64,000 nucleotides of DNA from Monocercomonoides exilis PA203. Lineage: Eukaryota > Protista > Preaxostyla. The DNA lies in contig LSRY02000010.1 of NCBI GenBank assembly GCA_001643675.2, forward strand, positions 1,426,001-1,490,000, read 5' to 3'. Positions within the stretch are counted from its first letter, which is position 1. Each line of letters begins with the position of its first letter. This document shows, in pieces, positions 50,470 to 63,340 of this stretch. The notes under the pieces were generated by a model, which was not told the origin of the DNA, ran no database searches, and was given only the letters and a program-made list of their open reading frames with translations. The position numbers and the translations under genes were made by a program.

Positions 50470-53400
50470 TCATCCGTCTTCCTCTCCTTTTTCTTTCAGA
50501 AGTCTCAGCTTTTCTCTTTCCTGCACCTCTGCTTTCACTCTCTCAATCATCTTTTTGTCCTCTTCCTCCATTCTTTTGTCTCTCCTCTCTTTCCTCTTCG
50601 CCTCCCTCTCCGCCTGCTTCGCCATCAAAAACCTCTTCTCACTCCGCAGCGCCTTCCTCAGCTTCGATCCATACTCACCAGGGCTGTCCCAAAACCGATG
50701 GAAAACAGTCAGAACCGGACGGTGGCTGCACGGGAACAGACATAAAGGCATCACCAGCCGTGTGTTTGCAGGCGCAGGCGGCATCTCGTACGGATTGTGC
50801 GGTCGAAGCGGCTCGTCTGCTTCGCGCAGATTGTGCTGATTGCGCTGGTCTCCTCGCCGGGGCGTACCGAAAGCGGAGCCGCCTTCTTTTCGCTTGTGCT
50901 GCTGTGGGTTCAGCGGAGTGGTCATTGACACGTCTGAAGTGGTTGAAGGGGTGGTGGAATTGGAGGAAGAGGAGGAAGAGGAAGAGGATGACGATGATGA
51001 AGTGTCTGAAGAAGATGATGTGGATACAGACGACGACGCTGTGCTTGATGCAGAATGATGCCTCGAGCGGCTGTCGTCTCTGTGTTTCCGCTTGTCCGCT
51101 CGACCAAATGATTCACCAAAAGCTGTTGGCTCTTCCTCGAAATGAGCGGGAGATGGAGAGGGATTCAAATAGGAGGTGCTGTTTATGTCAGAAGATGTGT
51201 GAATGCTTGTGCTTTTGCCGCTCCGTCCGTCGTGGAACACCAATTCATCGTCATATTCGATTCCTGAACGCTCTCTCTCAGAAGAATAACCCCACTGTCC
51301 TTTCTCATCTGCACATTCATCATTGCATTTCCCATCTTCTCCATCTTCTCCCTCATCTCCGTTTTCCACCTCTCCCCCTTCTGTCCTTGCAATACGCACA
51401 AGAATCGGCTGCAGATGGTTTGTCGAGCAGATGTAGTCAGACGCCACTGAAAACGTGTGTCTCCCGTCTCTTATGAAGGCAGTATGCGGCGGCGGCGCCC
51501 TGGCCACGTACGACCAGCCGTCGCAGAACACAAAGGGAACACGGAAAATGACAGTATCTGTGCCAAACGGAAGCGAAGGGTGGCGAATGTAGTCAGAGGC
51601 AGCACGGAGCGATTTCAACAGCGAGGAGAGGGCAGATGAAGACAAGTGTTTTTGCTCTCCTTTGTTGTCAGCATCACTAACATTGTTGAAGCTTCTGTCG
51701 TTATTCAAATAATCCATTGCACCTGGCGAAGCATCCAACGGAGCAGGGAGCAATTTTGTGGTGGATGTATTTGAAGAAATTGAAGATGGTGTCGAAGGCT
51801 GCAATTCAAGACGAGACAAAAGAGCCGAAATTGACTGGCCTGTTGAATGCAGCGCAGAAAGCAGCGCGACAATCGCACACTGCAGCTGCCTCGCAGTCTG
51901 CGCAGTGGAAGTGCTGTAGTACTTCGCAAGCTCCTCGCTGACCTTCTTCGTTTCGGTTTCCCCCAGATATTTATGCGAAGACGGCATCATCTTCACCTCC
52001 TCGAGCTCTCCTCCCAGCACTTTCGGCACCATCTCGTCGAACTCGTCTGTCTCTGTGCGTATCACATGCCGCGCATCCCCGTCAAACACCTGCGGCAGCC
52101 CGACCCACCCGTCCGACTGCGCCTCGTCCACCGCCGCTTCGCCCACTGCTGCACAGAGCGGGCTGGCTGAACGCAGCATAATCTGAGAGGTAGACTCATT
52201 CAAGGGAGCAGGGCAAAACCAGAAGCCGAGCGAGTTCGGAGGAAGACGCTGGTTGCGCCGTGTCTGGAGGAACGGCACGCTGATTTCAGCGGGGCGGTGC
52301 TGGTGCATCGGCCGCGTGAGGAAGTCGAACTCGTCGCTGATTGTGTTGATGCTGTTGTTGAGAACGCTGTTGCTGTTGAAATTGCTATTCTGTTTGGGGT
52401 TCTTTTTGCTGCTTCTGCTGTTTTTGCTGTTTCGGCTGCTGATGGTGTTGCTCCGTTGGTGCAGCTGATTGCTTTTCCTTTGGTTTTGACCTTGTCGTTG
52501 CCCTTGATGCTGATGATGCTGATGGTGATGATGTGCATGCATGTGTATATGTGTCCTGTACACGTAGTTTTCCAGCTGTGCAAACGGATCAAATAAAGGC
52601 ACCAGCGCAGGATCTCTCATTCGCACATAGCCAGGCCGAAATCTCCGGTGCATCTCTGCCACCTGCCAGGGAAACAGTACGTCCTGAAGGTTCTCTGCTT
52701 TCCCAAAGGGGTCCCACGCATTGTGTATGTAATGGATCCTCCGGTTCACTGGAACAAACTGGAACTCGCTCGCAGAAGAATCTGAGGATGAGGCTGATGA
52801 TTGAGCTGAAGCTGGCTGCAATGCCAGTGCTGCATCCATCTCTGCCTTGTGTGCTGCCTCCATCATCCGCAGCTGCTCCGCCGAGGCCGGGTGCATCGCT
52901 GTTGGGTACTCTGGGATGGTCGGTGGCTCTGCGCTGTCGAGGTCGGGAAAGCCGTCAATGGGTGTTTCCTTCAGCTGCAGGTACTTCGGCAGCTTCTGCA
53001 TCAGCCTCTTCACCTGCTCCGGGGTGAGCTTGCTGTCAGTGAAGAGGATGTCTGTCTCAAGGTCAGGGCGGAAGTATTTGAACGGCCGAGTCCGCTCTTC
53101 TTCGGTCAGGATGTCCTTCTGCAGCTGCTTCTCCAGCTGCATCTTCTGCGCCCGCTCTTTCTCCCGGCGGTAGGTCGATATGATGTACCGGTTCATTCGG
53201 TTGTCTTTCTCTCTGATGTACATCACCCTTCTGTCTCTTTCGTCCCTTTTCAGCTCTTCGTACTTCTCCACCTGCACTCTGTGCTCCTGCCTCCGCTTGT
53301 CCAGTCTCTCCTCAAAGATCTTCTGCAGCCGAGTCTTCCTTTTGTATCTCCCTTGAACATCCCTCATTTCCAAAGGATTGGAATCAAATGATGGCAAACC

Positions 53401-56400
53401 CATCAGCCTGCGCACAACTGGAGAAAACCTCAGCGCCGGGTGCAAAAGCGACTCGGCGCCGCGGACAATCAAGCGGATGGAAGGAGAATTAAGTGAAGCA
53501 GCAGACAAATCTCCGCAGAGGAGGAGCGGAATGCGCGGGGAAACAGACAGCGGAGGCAGTTTTGAGAAGGACTGCAGCGAAACAGCGTTGCCATCTTGCA
53601 GCGAGTGGCCAGCAGCCACAGCGGCGAGGGGAAAGGCATGGGACATGACAAAGTAAATGGAGCGCACGAGATTCACCACCTGCGCAAAGCGCACGTCTTC
53701 AGCGAACGTCGGGTCGCCAAACAGCAAAACGGACGACACAAAAAACCGGCTGGCGATCTTTTCAGACCGCACCGCGCGGCTGCTGTGCCTGCGGATGGAG
53801 GAGATGAAGGCGTGTGCCTGCGCCACGTTGAAGTAGTGCGGGTTGATTCTCTTCGCAGCAAGGGAGAAATGGAGCGTGCGACGAGGCAATGTCAATGTGT
53901 GCAAAGGATACGGCCGGAAGTGCTTGCAGTGCGAGAGGCGGCGCACAGCCAGAGAAGACGGGTCAGCCAAAGACAAACCCGACGGGTGGTTGTGCGCCCC
54001 CATCAGCATCATCATCTCTCCAAGGGACTTGCCATCACGCAGATCGCCAAACCCTTTCATCAGCTGCACGCCTCCGCTTGCTGTTTTGACAGCTGCTGCT
54101 CCTCCGATTGCTCCAATTCCTCCGATTCCTCCTCCTCCAGCCATTCCCCCCGTTCCTGTGCCCGACAGCATCATCGCCCCAACCGCCATCATTGCCAGTG
54201 CATCGCGCTGTGCATCCTCCTTCCGCGGGCCAAGCCCTCTCATCTCGTCGTCCTCTCCCCTCCGTCTGTTTCCTCTGCTGCCTCTTTCTCCATCATCATC
54301 ATCGCCTTCTTCCTCATCATCATCACTCTCTTCATCCAAAACAGCCCGTGCAGACGTCGCCTCGTCCTCATCATACAGCTTCTTCTTCTTCCGTCGCAGT
54401 AATTCTTGCCGTCTTTCGCTGTTTGATTCGAGCTCAATCTCATTCGACAGGTCGTTTTCGGACTTGTTCAGCTCGTCGGCGTTGTCTGACTCGCCTCTTT
54501 CGGTTCTCCGCTTCTTCCGCTCTTTCTCTCTCAGCAGGTCTCTCTCTTTGATCCTTCTCTCTTCCTCCATCACCGCCCTGTCCAGCTTCTCCTTCTTCTT
54601 CTCTTTCCTCCGCCTTATCCGCATCTTCCTGCTCCTCTCCTCGTCCTTCTTGATATACTCTTCCATCTTCCTCGCCCCGTACTCCTCGTCCTCCTCATTC
54701 AGCAGCGGTGGCGTCTGCATTTCTTCAACCGTCTTCTTCACACCCAAAAACATGCCCAGCGCTCGCATTTCAGTCAGCGTGGCACGTGATGTGGCTTCGT
54801 CGAGCGAGCGAAGAACAGATTGGGAAGGCGAAATGGAAGAAAAAGTAAGTTGTTTGTTTAGTGCAGGGCGATAATAAGAAACAGAAGGAGAAGATGAATG
54901 CGAAGATGATGATGATGAAGGATAAGTAGGAGTTGGTGAAGTGTGAGCGTACATCGATGAATTGGGTGTAAGTGGCATAAGAGAAGAATCGCCCTGTGGA
55001 AGAGAAAGCGAAAGCCCAGGCGAAGATAAAGAAGAAGCAGAAGAAGAATGTGAAGAATGAGAAGATAGCAAGGAATTCGAAGCAAGTGAAGTGTTGGATG
55101 AAGGCGAAAGCAAAGCGGGCGCAGGCGAAGGAGAGCGGGATTGTGCAGAAAGCAGAGGGACATTCGATTCGTCTGCCATCTCAGTCGCCACAGGCACCAT
55201 CACATTGGCACCAAAACTGCTACTACCGCTGCTGCCAATTCTGCTTCTGTTTCTGTTGCTTCTACTGCTTCTGAAGCTTCGTCCAAATCCTTCTTCTATT
55301 TCTCCGTTTTCTCCGTCGTAGTTGCCCTCTGCATCCAGTTCTCGTTCCATTACATTCACATCGTCATAATCATCATCATCACCAAAGTTGCTATCATTAA
55401 CTCCCCCGTTATCATCGTTTATGTGAGGAAACTGCGAAGTTAGTGTCATGCTATTCCTCTGTGTCACAATCGACGCTGTCTCCGGGTTGTATGTCTGCGA
55501 CAAAGTTCTCTCGAACATGTCCAGCGGAAAAGGCTTGCCGATCGATTGGATGCGACTTCGGCGGTAGAAGATGCATGTGCCGCAGTTGGCATACGGCTGC
55601 ATCGAATACCCGCTCGGCGTGCGGCGCTGCTGCGCGCTCCGAATCAGCTCGGCAGCAGACGAAGCAGAAGATTGCTGGGGAGTGGTGTGCTGTTTGGAGG
55701 GAAAGTCTCTGATGTTCTGTTGTTGTTGTTGCTGCTGCTTTTGCTGCTGATTGGGAACAAACTGCTGTGCTGCGAACTCCCCGGGCATATTTGCCACGCC
55801 CATTCCTGGTGCAGGCGGCAACACAGTCGCAAAAGCGCCATCGTACTCGTCAAACAGCGCTCGCGCCATTTGCACAGCTCCGTCGGTGGGGATGTCCTGC
55901 AGACAGACCACATCCGGCGCTCGGAAGAGGATGATGGAGGCGATCTGGGCGCAGCGGAGGGGCCAGGGTGGGGGCTTGAATAGCTTGTCTTCCGTGCTGC
56001 TGGGGTAGTGGCGGGAAGAAGAGGAGGAGGAGGAAGAGGGGGAGGAGGAAGGATTGTTTGTGTATAGTTGAGATGGGGCGCAATGCCAAGAAAGTACTGT
56101 GAGGTGGTCCTCTTGAGCGACGAAATAGTTTGGATCAAGATCAAATACGTCGTCATCCAGAAAAAGTGAAGAAAGAGTTGAAAGAGGAGCTGTTATACAG
56201 TCTGGTGGAGGTGGAAGTAATGGAGAAAGGCCAGGATACAGCGGACCCATCCAAGCTTCATCAAGAGAAATAACTGGATTTTTTGATTCTGCAGCATAAA
56301 GAAGATCTGTGTGCTTTGTGTAGATAAATGTATCTGGATGTACAGATGTTTCCCAAAAATCAGTAATCGGCATATCTTGGATTTGAGAGTCTACAGGTTT

Positions 56401-56993
56401 TGTAGTTTGTGAAGGAAGAAGATATTTCGGAACAGTTTCTTCAATATCTTTCAGTCCTTGCTTTACAAACTCAATCACTCCAGACTGATGATAATTAATA
56501 ATATTCATTTCTGCAAACTGTGATTGAGGTGCAGAAACTTGAGTTAAAAGAAGAACTCGATCAAATTCGTCAATATATGGAACTTTGAGAAGGCTTCTGA
56601 CTTTTGAATTTCGAGGATTAAGATCAACAATTTCTGTTATCCTATCTGAAGGATTAATAGTTGAAACTTTTGTACTGTGTGGGAAATACTCTTGACGATA
56701 AATCTCAACTCTCAATCTTGATCCAATATCCTGACGTTTTGGAATATAACAACTAAAAAATTCTCATAAACAAACAGGAAAAAAATTAAACCGACAAACC
56801 ATCCTTGTGAAATCCTTCCCCAGGTTGATCCTGGACGGCAAGAGCTCCAAACAACAAAAACATTCTGAAATACTTGCTTTTCAAAAAATTTGTTTGGGAG
56901 AGTGATTTCAACTCCTTGAATTGGTGTATCTGGTAGAGTGAAGGAAGTTTCTCGAAGAATATCCGTAATCTGCTTTGAAGACACTCCTCCCAT
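50470..56993 (-). CDS. Very large CCR4/PDE12-like EEP-superfamily protein with degenerate catalytic motifs (2 exons)
   Basis: N-terminal LPDTPIQGVEITLP and W.RI..G..YIP...DIG..LRVE resemble the plant CCR4/PDE12 N-domain. EEP motifs appear in order: LTVLSWH, PDVVCLQD, GTCIFYR, PLLLCGDLS, SDYI, SHRPVLTVF. Intron at about 56800-56753. Confidence 0.75.
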
Positions 56994-57139
56994 TTATTTT
57001 GAGTTTTGTATTGGGGAAGATCAAACAAATTCAAAAATTTTTCTAATAAAACTGAGATAAACCGAAAAAAAAGTGATGTGCAAAAATAGTAATATAAAAA
57101 TTAAAATGCTTAAAATATAATGAAAAATAATATCACAGT

Positions 57140-59025
57140 CTAATCATCGTCATCATCATCTAAATCCTCTAAATCTGAAACAATTTCATCTATATGTGGC
57201 CTCTTCATAGGATCGCTGTTCCAACATCTTTTAATAATTTTCAAAAGTTCCTTTGGAGCGCCACCTGGCATTTTAGTGGGAAGTGTGGGTTTTGTATTCG
57301 ATTTGTGAAGATCTCTTATTTGCGACAGACTCAGTCCAGCATGGGGAATAGAGCCAGTCAGAATCTCCCAACAAACAAGGCCAAACGAGTAGATGTCGCT
57401 TGCTGTGGTTACAGTTGGATTGTCTTCATCCAGCGCTTCAGGCGCCATCCACGAGTATGTCGACAGCATCGTGATCGGATGCAGAATCCTTGCCTCGTCA
57501 TTTGCGTCCCTTTCTTCCCTCTTCGCCTCTTCCCCTTCTCCTTCCCCTTCCTCCTCCGCCTCTTGCTCCCCTTCCCCCTTGCGCACAAACACCTTCGCAC
57601 CTTTCTTCCTCTTCATCTCCCGCAGCTCCTTCTTCATGCCCAGCTGCTCCATCAGCAGCCGCCGCGTCTTCTCGTCCGGCGCCCGCAGCGCGAACCGAGC
57701 AGCGGAGAAGAAGCCGCCGATCTTCAGCGAGCCGTCTTCGTCCACCAGAATGTGCGACGAGCGGATGTCCCCGTGCACAAAGGGCTCGGGCATCCCGTGC
57801 AGCACAGCAATCCCGTTTGCGATGTCCTCGATGAATTGCTTCATCTTCTTCCACCGTAGGCGGTGCGACTTGAGCGTGGGCAGCGAGGTTTCGGGGAAGC
57901 TGCTGTTTGATGGTGAAGAGGAAGAGGAAGATGATGATGACGATGATGATGAATCAGAAGAAGATTGTGCTTGAGTGTTTCTTCCGTGTAGATAGTCGAA
58001 TAGAGAACCCTTTGAAGAGTAAGCGAACATAACATATGGAGGCTTTAATCCAAAACCCTGTATTGGCAATACAGGATCTGTTCCGTCCATCGCCATCAAA
58101 GCGTCGAGGTCAGAACGGAACGTTGCATTGAATCGGTTAATGAAAGGAAGTTTCTTCACGACAACTGGCAGCCCGTTCCATTCGCCTTTCAAAAGAAATC
58201 CATTTGAAGAACGATGAAACATCGAAAGTCCTTTCACTTCCGAAAATTCAACAGTCTTTTCGAGATCTTGCATCGTGCTTTTAAACTCCTCGTAATTTTG
58301 TTTTCCTCCTGTCTCCTTCAGGCATAAATGAAGATATTCTCTTTCTCGAACCCTTATTCCTCTCTTTAATTCGCGCTTTCGTTTTTGCATTTCATTCTCC
58401 CGAGAATTTGCTCGCTCATCTTCATCATTATCGCTTTCACTTATCTCATCCGTATCTACGCTTTCACTTCTGTAATCGCTTTCTTCTTCTGGAGTTTCTG
58501 GATCTTCATGATCCGAAGCTTCATTCATTTCCACATTTTTTGCATCTTCAACTTTTGCTGATTCAGAATCTTCAAGAAGGCCAGTCTCTTCATCCTCATC
58601 ATTTTCATCTGTTCGTTTCCGAGTTCTTTGCGTTCGCTTAGTGCAAGCGTGTTGAGTCGCATGAAGAATAATGAAAAGGATGTATATTACAAGGAAAACA
58701 GCCGTAACAACAATGAAAATAATCCACATTGGATATTTATAATCGCTAATTAATGATGAAACAGCAGCATCTTGAAGTCCACGACCCCAAAGGGGATGAT
58801 TCAATTTATCGTCCAATTCTTCAGCAGTTCCTGTCATCCGTGAAATCTTTCAGGCAGCGAAACAACAGGAAAAGAAACTTGAAATTTATTTTATTATATT
58901 TTCTGATCTTTATTGAAAAAATGAATTTCAAAATTGGTTTTCTTGTTTCAAATATTCTTAATGATTCAGTTAATCAAAATAATAACTCATCATCATTTTT
59001 CACAAAACATGTTCAGTTATGATTT

Positions 59026-59067
<42 letters not shown>

Positions 59068-59887
59068 CCAATTCAGAAAAAAGAAAACAAAATTCTAACA
59101 AAATATTTACTCAAAAACAACTGGGGGAAAATATGGACTCTCAAGCTTTTTATGCACAAATCATGAAAAAATTGCTTCACTCATAACTTTTGATCGTTTT
59201 CTCAGATTTTAAAATAAATTTAATTTTCATATCCGTAAACAGGTATCGTTGAAATCAAAACATAAATCATTGTGTCATTTCTTGAATGTAAAAAAAAAGA
59301 ACCATTTTTAGAATATTTTTTGATTTCAAAAATTTAATGAAAAGTGCATAATTTTTCAATGAAAATGCTTGAAGCAAAATATTTTGCCCCAACTTGAATC
59401 AAAAAAAAAAAAAAAATACTCACAATGAAAAGAAAATAAATCTATTGAAACGTCTGCTTTTATGTTCGTTTTATTCACGAAAATAAATTATGACTGTGTT
59501 TATTTACACATATATACTATGAAACAAAACGATATGGTTTTGTCATTCTTTTTCTTTTTTCTTTTCTTTATATTTTTTACTTTTCTTTTCTTTTCTTTTC
59601 TTATTTTGAATATTTTAAAAAGTTTCCTGAAAAAGAAATATGAAATTAATCACATTCTGCTTCTTTGAAGACAACTCCGCAGCAAATGACAGGGGGAATA
59701 ATGTGTCTTTCAGCAGAAGATTTATCACACAATCTGCGTTCGAAAATAGCGGCTCATCAGCCACATCAAATAGAGTGTGGAATAATAGAAAGTGGATGAC
59801 GCGAAATTCAACAGGTGGGGCAAATTTTTTGCAATTGTGAAAAATATTGAGATATGTTCCAAACTTTTCCTTCTTATGTTTTATCAT
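57140..59887 (-). CDS. Single-pass transmembrane TKL-like (pseudo)kinase; 5' exons approximate
   Basis: TM MWIIFIVVTAVFLVIYILFIIL, acidic linker, and kinase motifs VVVKK, HGDIRSSHILV, WMAPE, SDIYSFG, CW..DP.KRP. Probable upstream exons lie near 59425-59455 and 59650-59887. Confidence 0.85.
59123..59390 (+). mobile_element. 268-bp MITE (family A), TSD AACT, in a probable kinase intron
   Basis: GGGGGAAAATA...TATTTTGCCCC, with AACT at 59119-59122 and 59391-59394. Confidence 0.88.
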
Positions 59888-60049
59888 ATAATTATAACAC
59901 TTGCATTCTCATGCATTACAAAAAAGGTTAATTAAAAAAATGAGAAAAATATCTGAAAATAAAGCGTGGAACAAAAGTCATGAAGCAATAAATTTAGTCC
60001 CAGGTGGATTGCACTCATTGCATCTTACTCAATTTTTTCAAAATATACC

Positions 60050-60245
60050 TTTTGTTTTAATTTTTCTGTGAAAATGAAAATGGAATATTTTCTTCATAAT
60101 TTCATTGAAATCCATCAAATTACTCCAGCATTGAAACAAATGGTTTGCAAAAATTTTATTTTTATGCTGGTGAAATTTGAAGAGGTGTTATAAAAATTTG
60201 ATGAAAATATTCCGTTTTCATTTTCACAGAAAAATTAAACAAAAA
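60050..60245. repeat. About 55-bp imperfect inverted repeat (possible old MITE)
   Basis: TTTAATTTTTCTGTGAAAATGAAAATGGAATATTTTC pairs with GAAAATATTCCGTTTTCATTTTCACAGAAAAATTAAA; ends and TSD are unclear. Confidence 0.65.
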
Positions 60246-60532
60246 GAACTGTTCAAAAATTTTTCCACAATATGTTTCTCATATTTATCACTTACATTTT
60301 AAATTATTTATTTACTTATTTTGATCATCTCCTCTAATCTTATTTTTTATCATTCACACATTTTTTTGATTTTTATTTTTCCTGATATTCATCAATTTGT
60401 TTTGGTTGTTTAACTTTTCAAACATCTTCATCTATTTTTCTGAATGCTTTTCTTTGTTTTGGCAATTCTTTCATCTCTTCTCAAATCCCAAATGAACTCC
60501 AAATTGACTTGTTTTTCTTTGAATTATAATTT

Positions 60533-60804
60533 GGGGCAAAATATTTGACTTCAAGCATTTTCAAATAATAATTATGCACTTTAAATGATCTTTTTGTGAT
60601 CAAAGAATATGAATAAAAAAAAAAAAATTTTTTTTTGAAATACATGTGAGGACACAAAAAATTTTGTTGCTTCATCGATGATATTTGTTGACAGCAATGT
60701 AAATCATATTTATTTTGAAATCTGGTTAAGTTTTAAAATGTTATAAGTTAAACAATTTTTTCCTGTTTTGTGCAAAAATAGCTTGAAAGTCCGTATTTTC
60801 TCCC
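60533..60804 (-). mobile_element. 272-bp MITE (family A, reverse orientation), TSD ATTT
   Basis: GGGGCAAAATA...TATTTTCTCCC, with ATTT at 60529-60532 and 60805-60808. Confidence 0.85.
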
Positions 60805-61189
60805 ATTTCTTCTTATTTCGTTCTCATATTTGCCTTCTTTTTCAATTTTCGTTTGTTTCATCCCATCCTATCCAAAAAAACCCCTTTTTCAATTCCTCTT
60901 GTTCATCACATTCTATAATTCTTTCTTCCTTCTTTTCTTCTTTCAACTCAAATTTATGTTTGAAAACTTTTTTTTCATCACGTTTCATTAAAAAGAATGT
61001 AATTTTGAAACAATGAAATGAATTGAATTACCCTTGGTGGATAAAACAGAAGTTTAAAGAAAAACTGGTATCTGATAATATTGCATATTCTATTTTTCTT
61101 TCTTTATTGTGAAATTGTCTTTTTTTTTATTTTATTTGAATAATATCTATTTGATATTTTTGTTAATATTCATCAGAAAACAAACAGAT

Positions 61190-61428
61190 GAGTTATTCTT
61201 TTTGAAAAGTCGCAAATAAATAATCTTCTAATAAATCAAAATATTCCAATTTTGCTCAAACTTTTATTGATTTATACCAAACTTCACAAATTTAAAATAC
61301 ATTTCTTGACAATGCTATATCACACATTCTTTAGAAGATTATTGAGTGAATACAGAAATTTGAGTGAAATAAGTAATTTTTGATTTATTTGAAAATTTTG
61401 CATTTGCGACTTTTCAAAAGGAAATACC
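61190..61428. mobile_element. MITE family B, second and more degenerate copy
   Basis: Collinear similarity to 7895-8134, including TTCTTTTTGAAAAGTCG and CGACTTTTCAAAAG. Confidence 0.78.
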
Positions 61429-63117
61429 AAAGTTGATTCAAATCCAGTCTCAATGTGAAATTCAAAAGACATTGAAGCGTTGTGTGTTTTTATTTGAAAA
61501 AAATTTTTTCGCTCAAAACAAGGCATGAAAGATCACATTGAAATGAAATACAACAATTTGTTTATCAAAAACGATAAAATTCATTTTTCTTTTTTTCCTC
61601 AAAGATACAAATATTTATTGAAAGTTTCATTTCTTTTGAAAGAGAAGCTTTTGATCAAAAAGAAGATAAGGAAAAAAAATATAGAAATGTGTGACAAAGA
61701 AAAATCATTAGATGAAGATAAACAGCTTTTAACAGACACATCGACAGATGTTGCAAGGAATGAGGTTGCGAACGTATCAAAGGAGAAAAGTGCACAAATT
61801 CTTAATTACTATCAAGAACTGTTGTTTCATAAATGATGTGCAATAATGATTTGTATGATAATGGTTCTATTTTATTTGTATTTTATTTTATTTTTTTTTC
61901 GTAATAGGCAAAAAGAACCATTTTCAGATTTACAAAAGTTTCTCGGTCATTCGGTTTTTTCCGGTTGAAGAGAGCAAAATCAAAGACATCTCTTTTTTCT
62001 CTTGTGAACGATGAAACTTCTCAATGCTTTTCTTCCACTACATATTTCTCGAACTTATCTTCCTTCGTGAGAAATTTCACAATAAGTTTCTGTTTTCACA
62101 TCAACTTGTTTTGTTGAATGAATGTTAATAAAAACGAAAAAATGCAGTGAAAAGAATTCTCAAACTCATACCCTTCCATTGAGACCAGAGCAACAAATGT
62201 GAACAAATAATTGAAACTCATGAACAAAAATGTGTATTATTTGGAGTATTTCGACCAATTCGAGAATTATTTAGTCATTTCGAAAAGAAGTGATCATTAT
62301 GAATTTTATTCAACTTTTCGCAAATGACTCAACCATTTTGAAAATCAGTCAATCTATAATTTAATCAATTAATAAAAGGTTATATGCCAGTTTTGATCAA
62401 GAAATTTACAAGTTTACTCTGGCTCCAGTGAAAAAATTGTATGTTTTTATCTATTTTTCAATATACGGTTTATTATTTCATTTTCTATATATTCTCTGTA
62501 TGTTTTTAATCTATCAATGTTTATCGATCCGGATTTATAAAAAATTGTTTTTCATGTTTTAAAAGCATTTAATAATATCCAGCAAGTATTTTCCTGTATA
62601 TTGCAACTGTAAATGTTGAGTCAACTCATATTCTGTGTATATTTTCATTCGCTTTCTTATGAAAAATGTTCAAACAATTTGATTTATTGTTTTTTATTTG
62701 TTTTTTTTATGACAAGCAGTTTTTGTTTGTTATTTCTGTTCAACAAAAACAAAATACTTATGGAAAAAGCAAGAATTTGAATGTCAAAGCGCATTTATGT
62801 TTTTCAATAAATTTTTTTATGGCTTTATTATCTTGATTATTATTTATTTTATCTGTTGTAATCATTCCACTGTGATACTTCAATTCAATTAAGTTTATCT
62901 AAAAGAATGAGATATAGCCAACATTTTAGTGTTTTTATTGTTTGAATAGTTATAAATAATTAGTATTGAATTTCACGAATATTTGTTTTTGTATATTTCG
63001 TCTTTTTCAGTTAAAATGAAAAAACAATGATTCAAATATTCTTGGAATGATAAATTTTTTGCAAGACTTTTAAAAAATTTGAAAAGAAAAAACTGTCAAA
63101 AACAATGATCGAAAACT

Positions 63118-63340
63118 TAACCCTGGGTGACGTGGTGACTTCTGACGTGACCTTTTCGATTTTTGACGGACTTGACAGATTTTTTCACGTCATAAAAAAA
63201 AATAAAAAATAAAAAAATGAAAAATAAAAATATTGAAAGTTATTTATCAAAATTACCATTATTCAATTTTCACTGACGCAAAAGCGGAAATCGGATTTTT
63301 TGTTCGTCACTGACGTCACCTGTCTCTGACGTAACACCGA
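63118..63340 (-). mobile_element. Terminus of another member of the hAT-like family; other end not seen in the window
   Basis: TAACCCTGGGTGACGTG...CACTGACGTCA is homologous to the reverse complement of about 21955-22203. Confidence 0.85.

Noticed and set aside
50447-58641. Many overlapping short ORFs within the CCR4-like and kinase genes
   Set aside because: They are alternative-frame or antisense shadows in GC-richer coding DNA and show no motifs.
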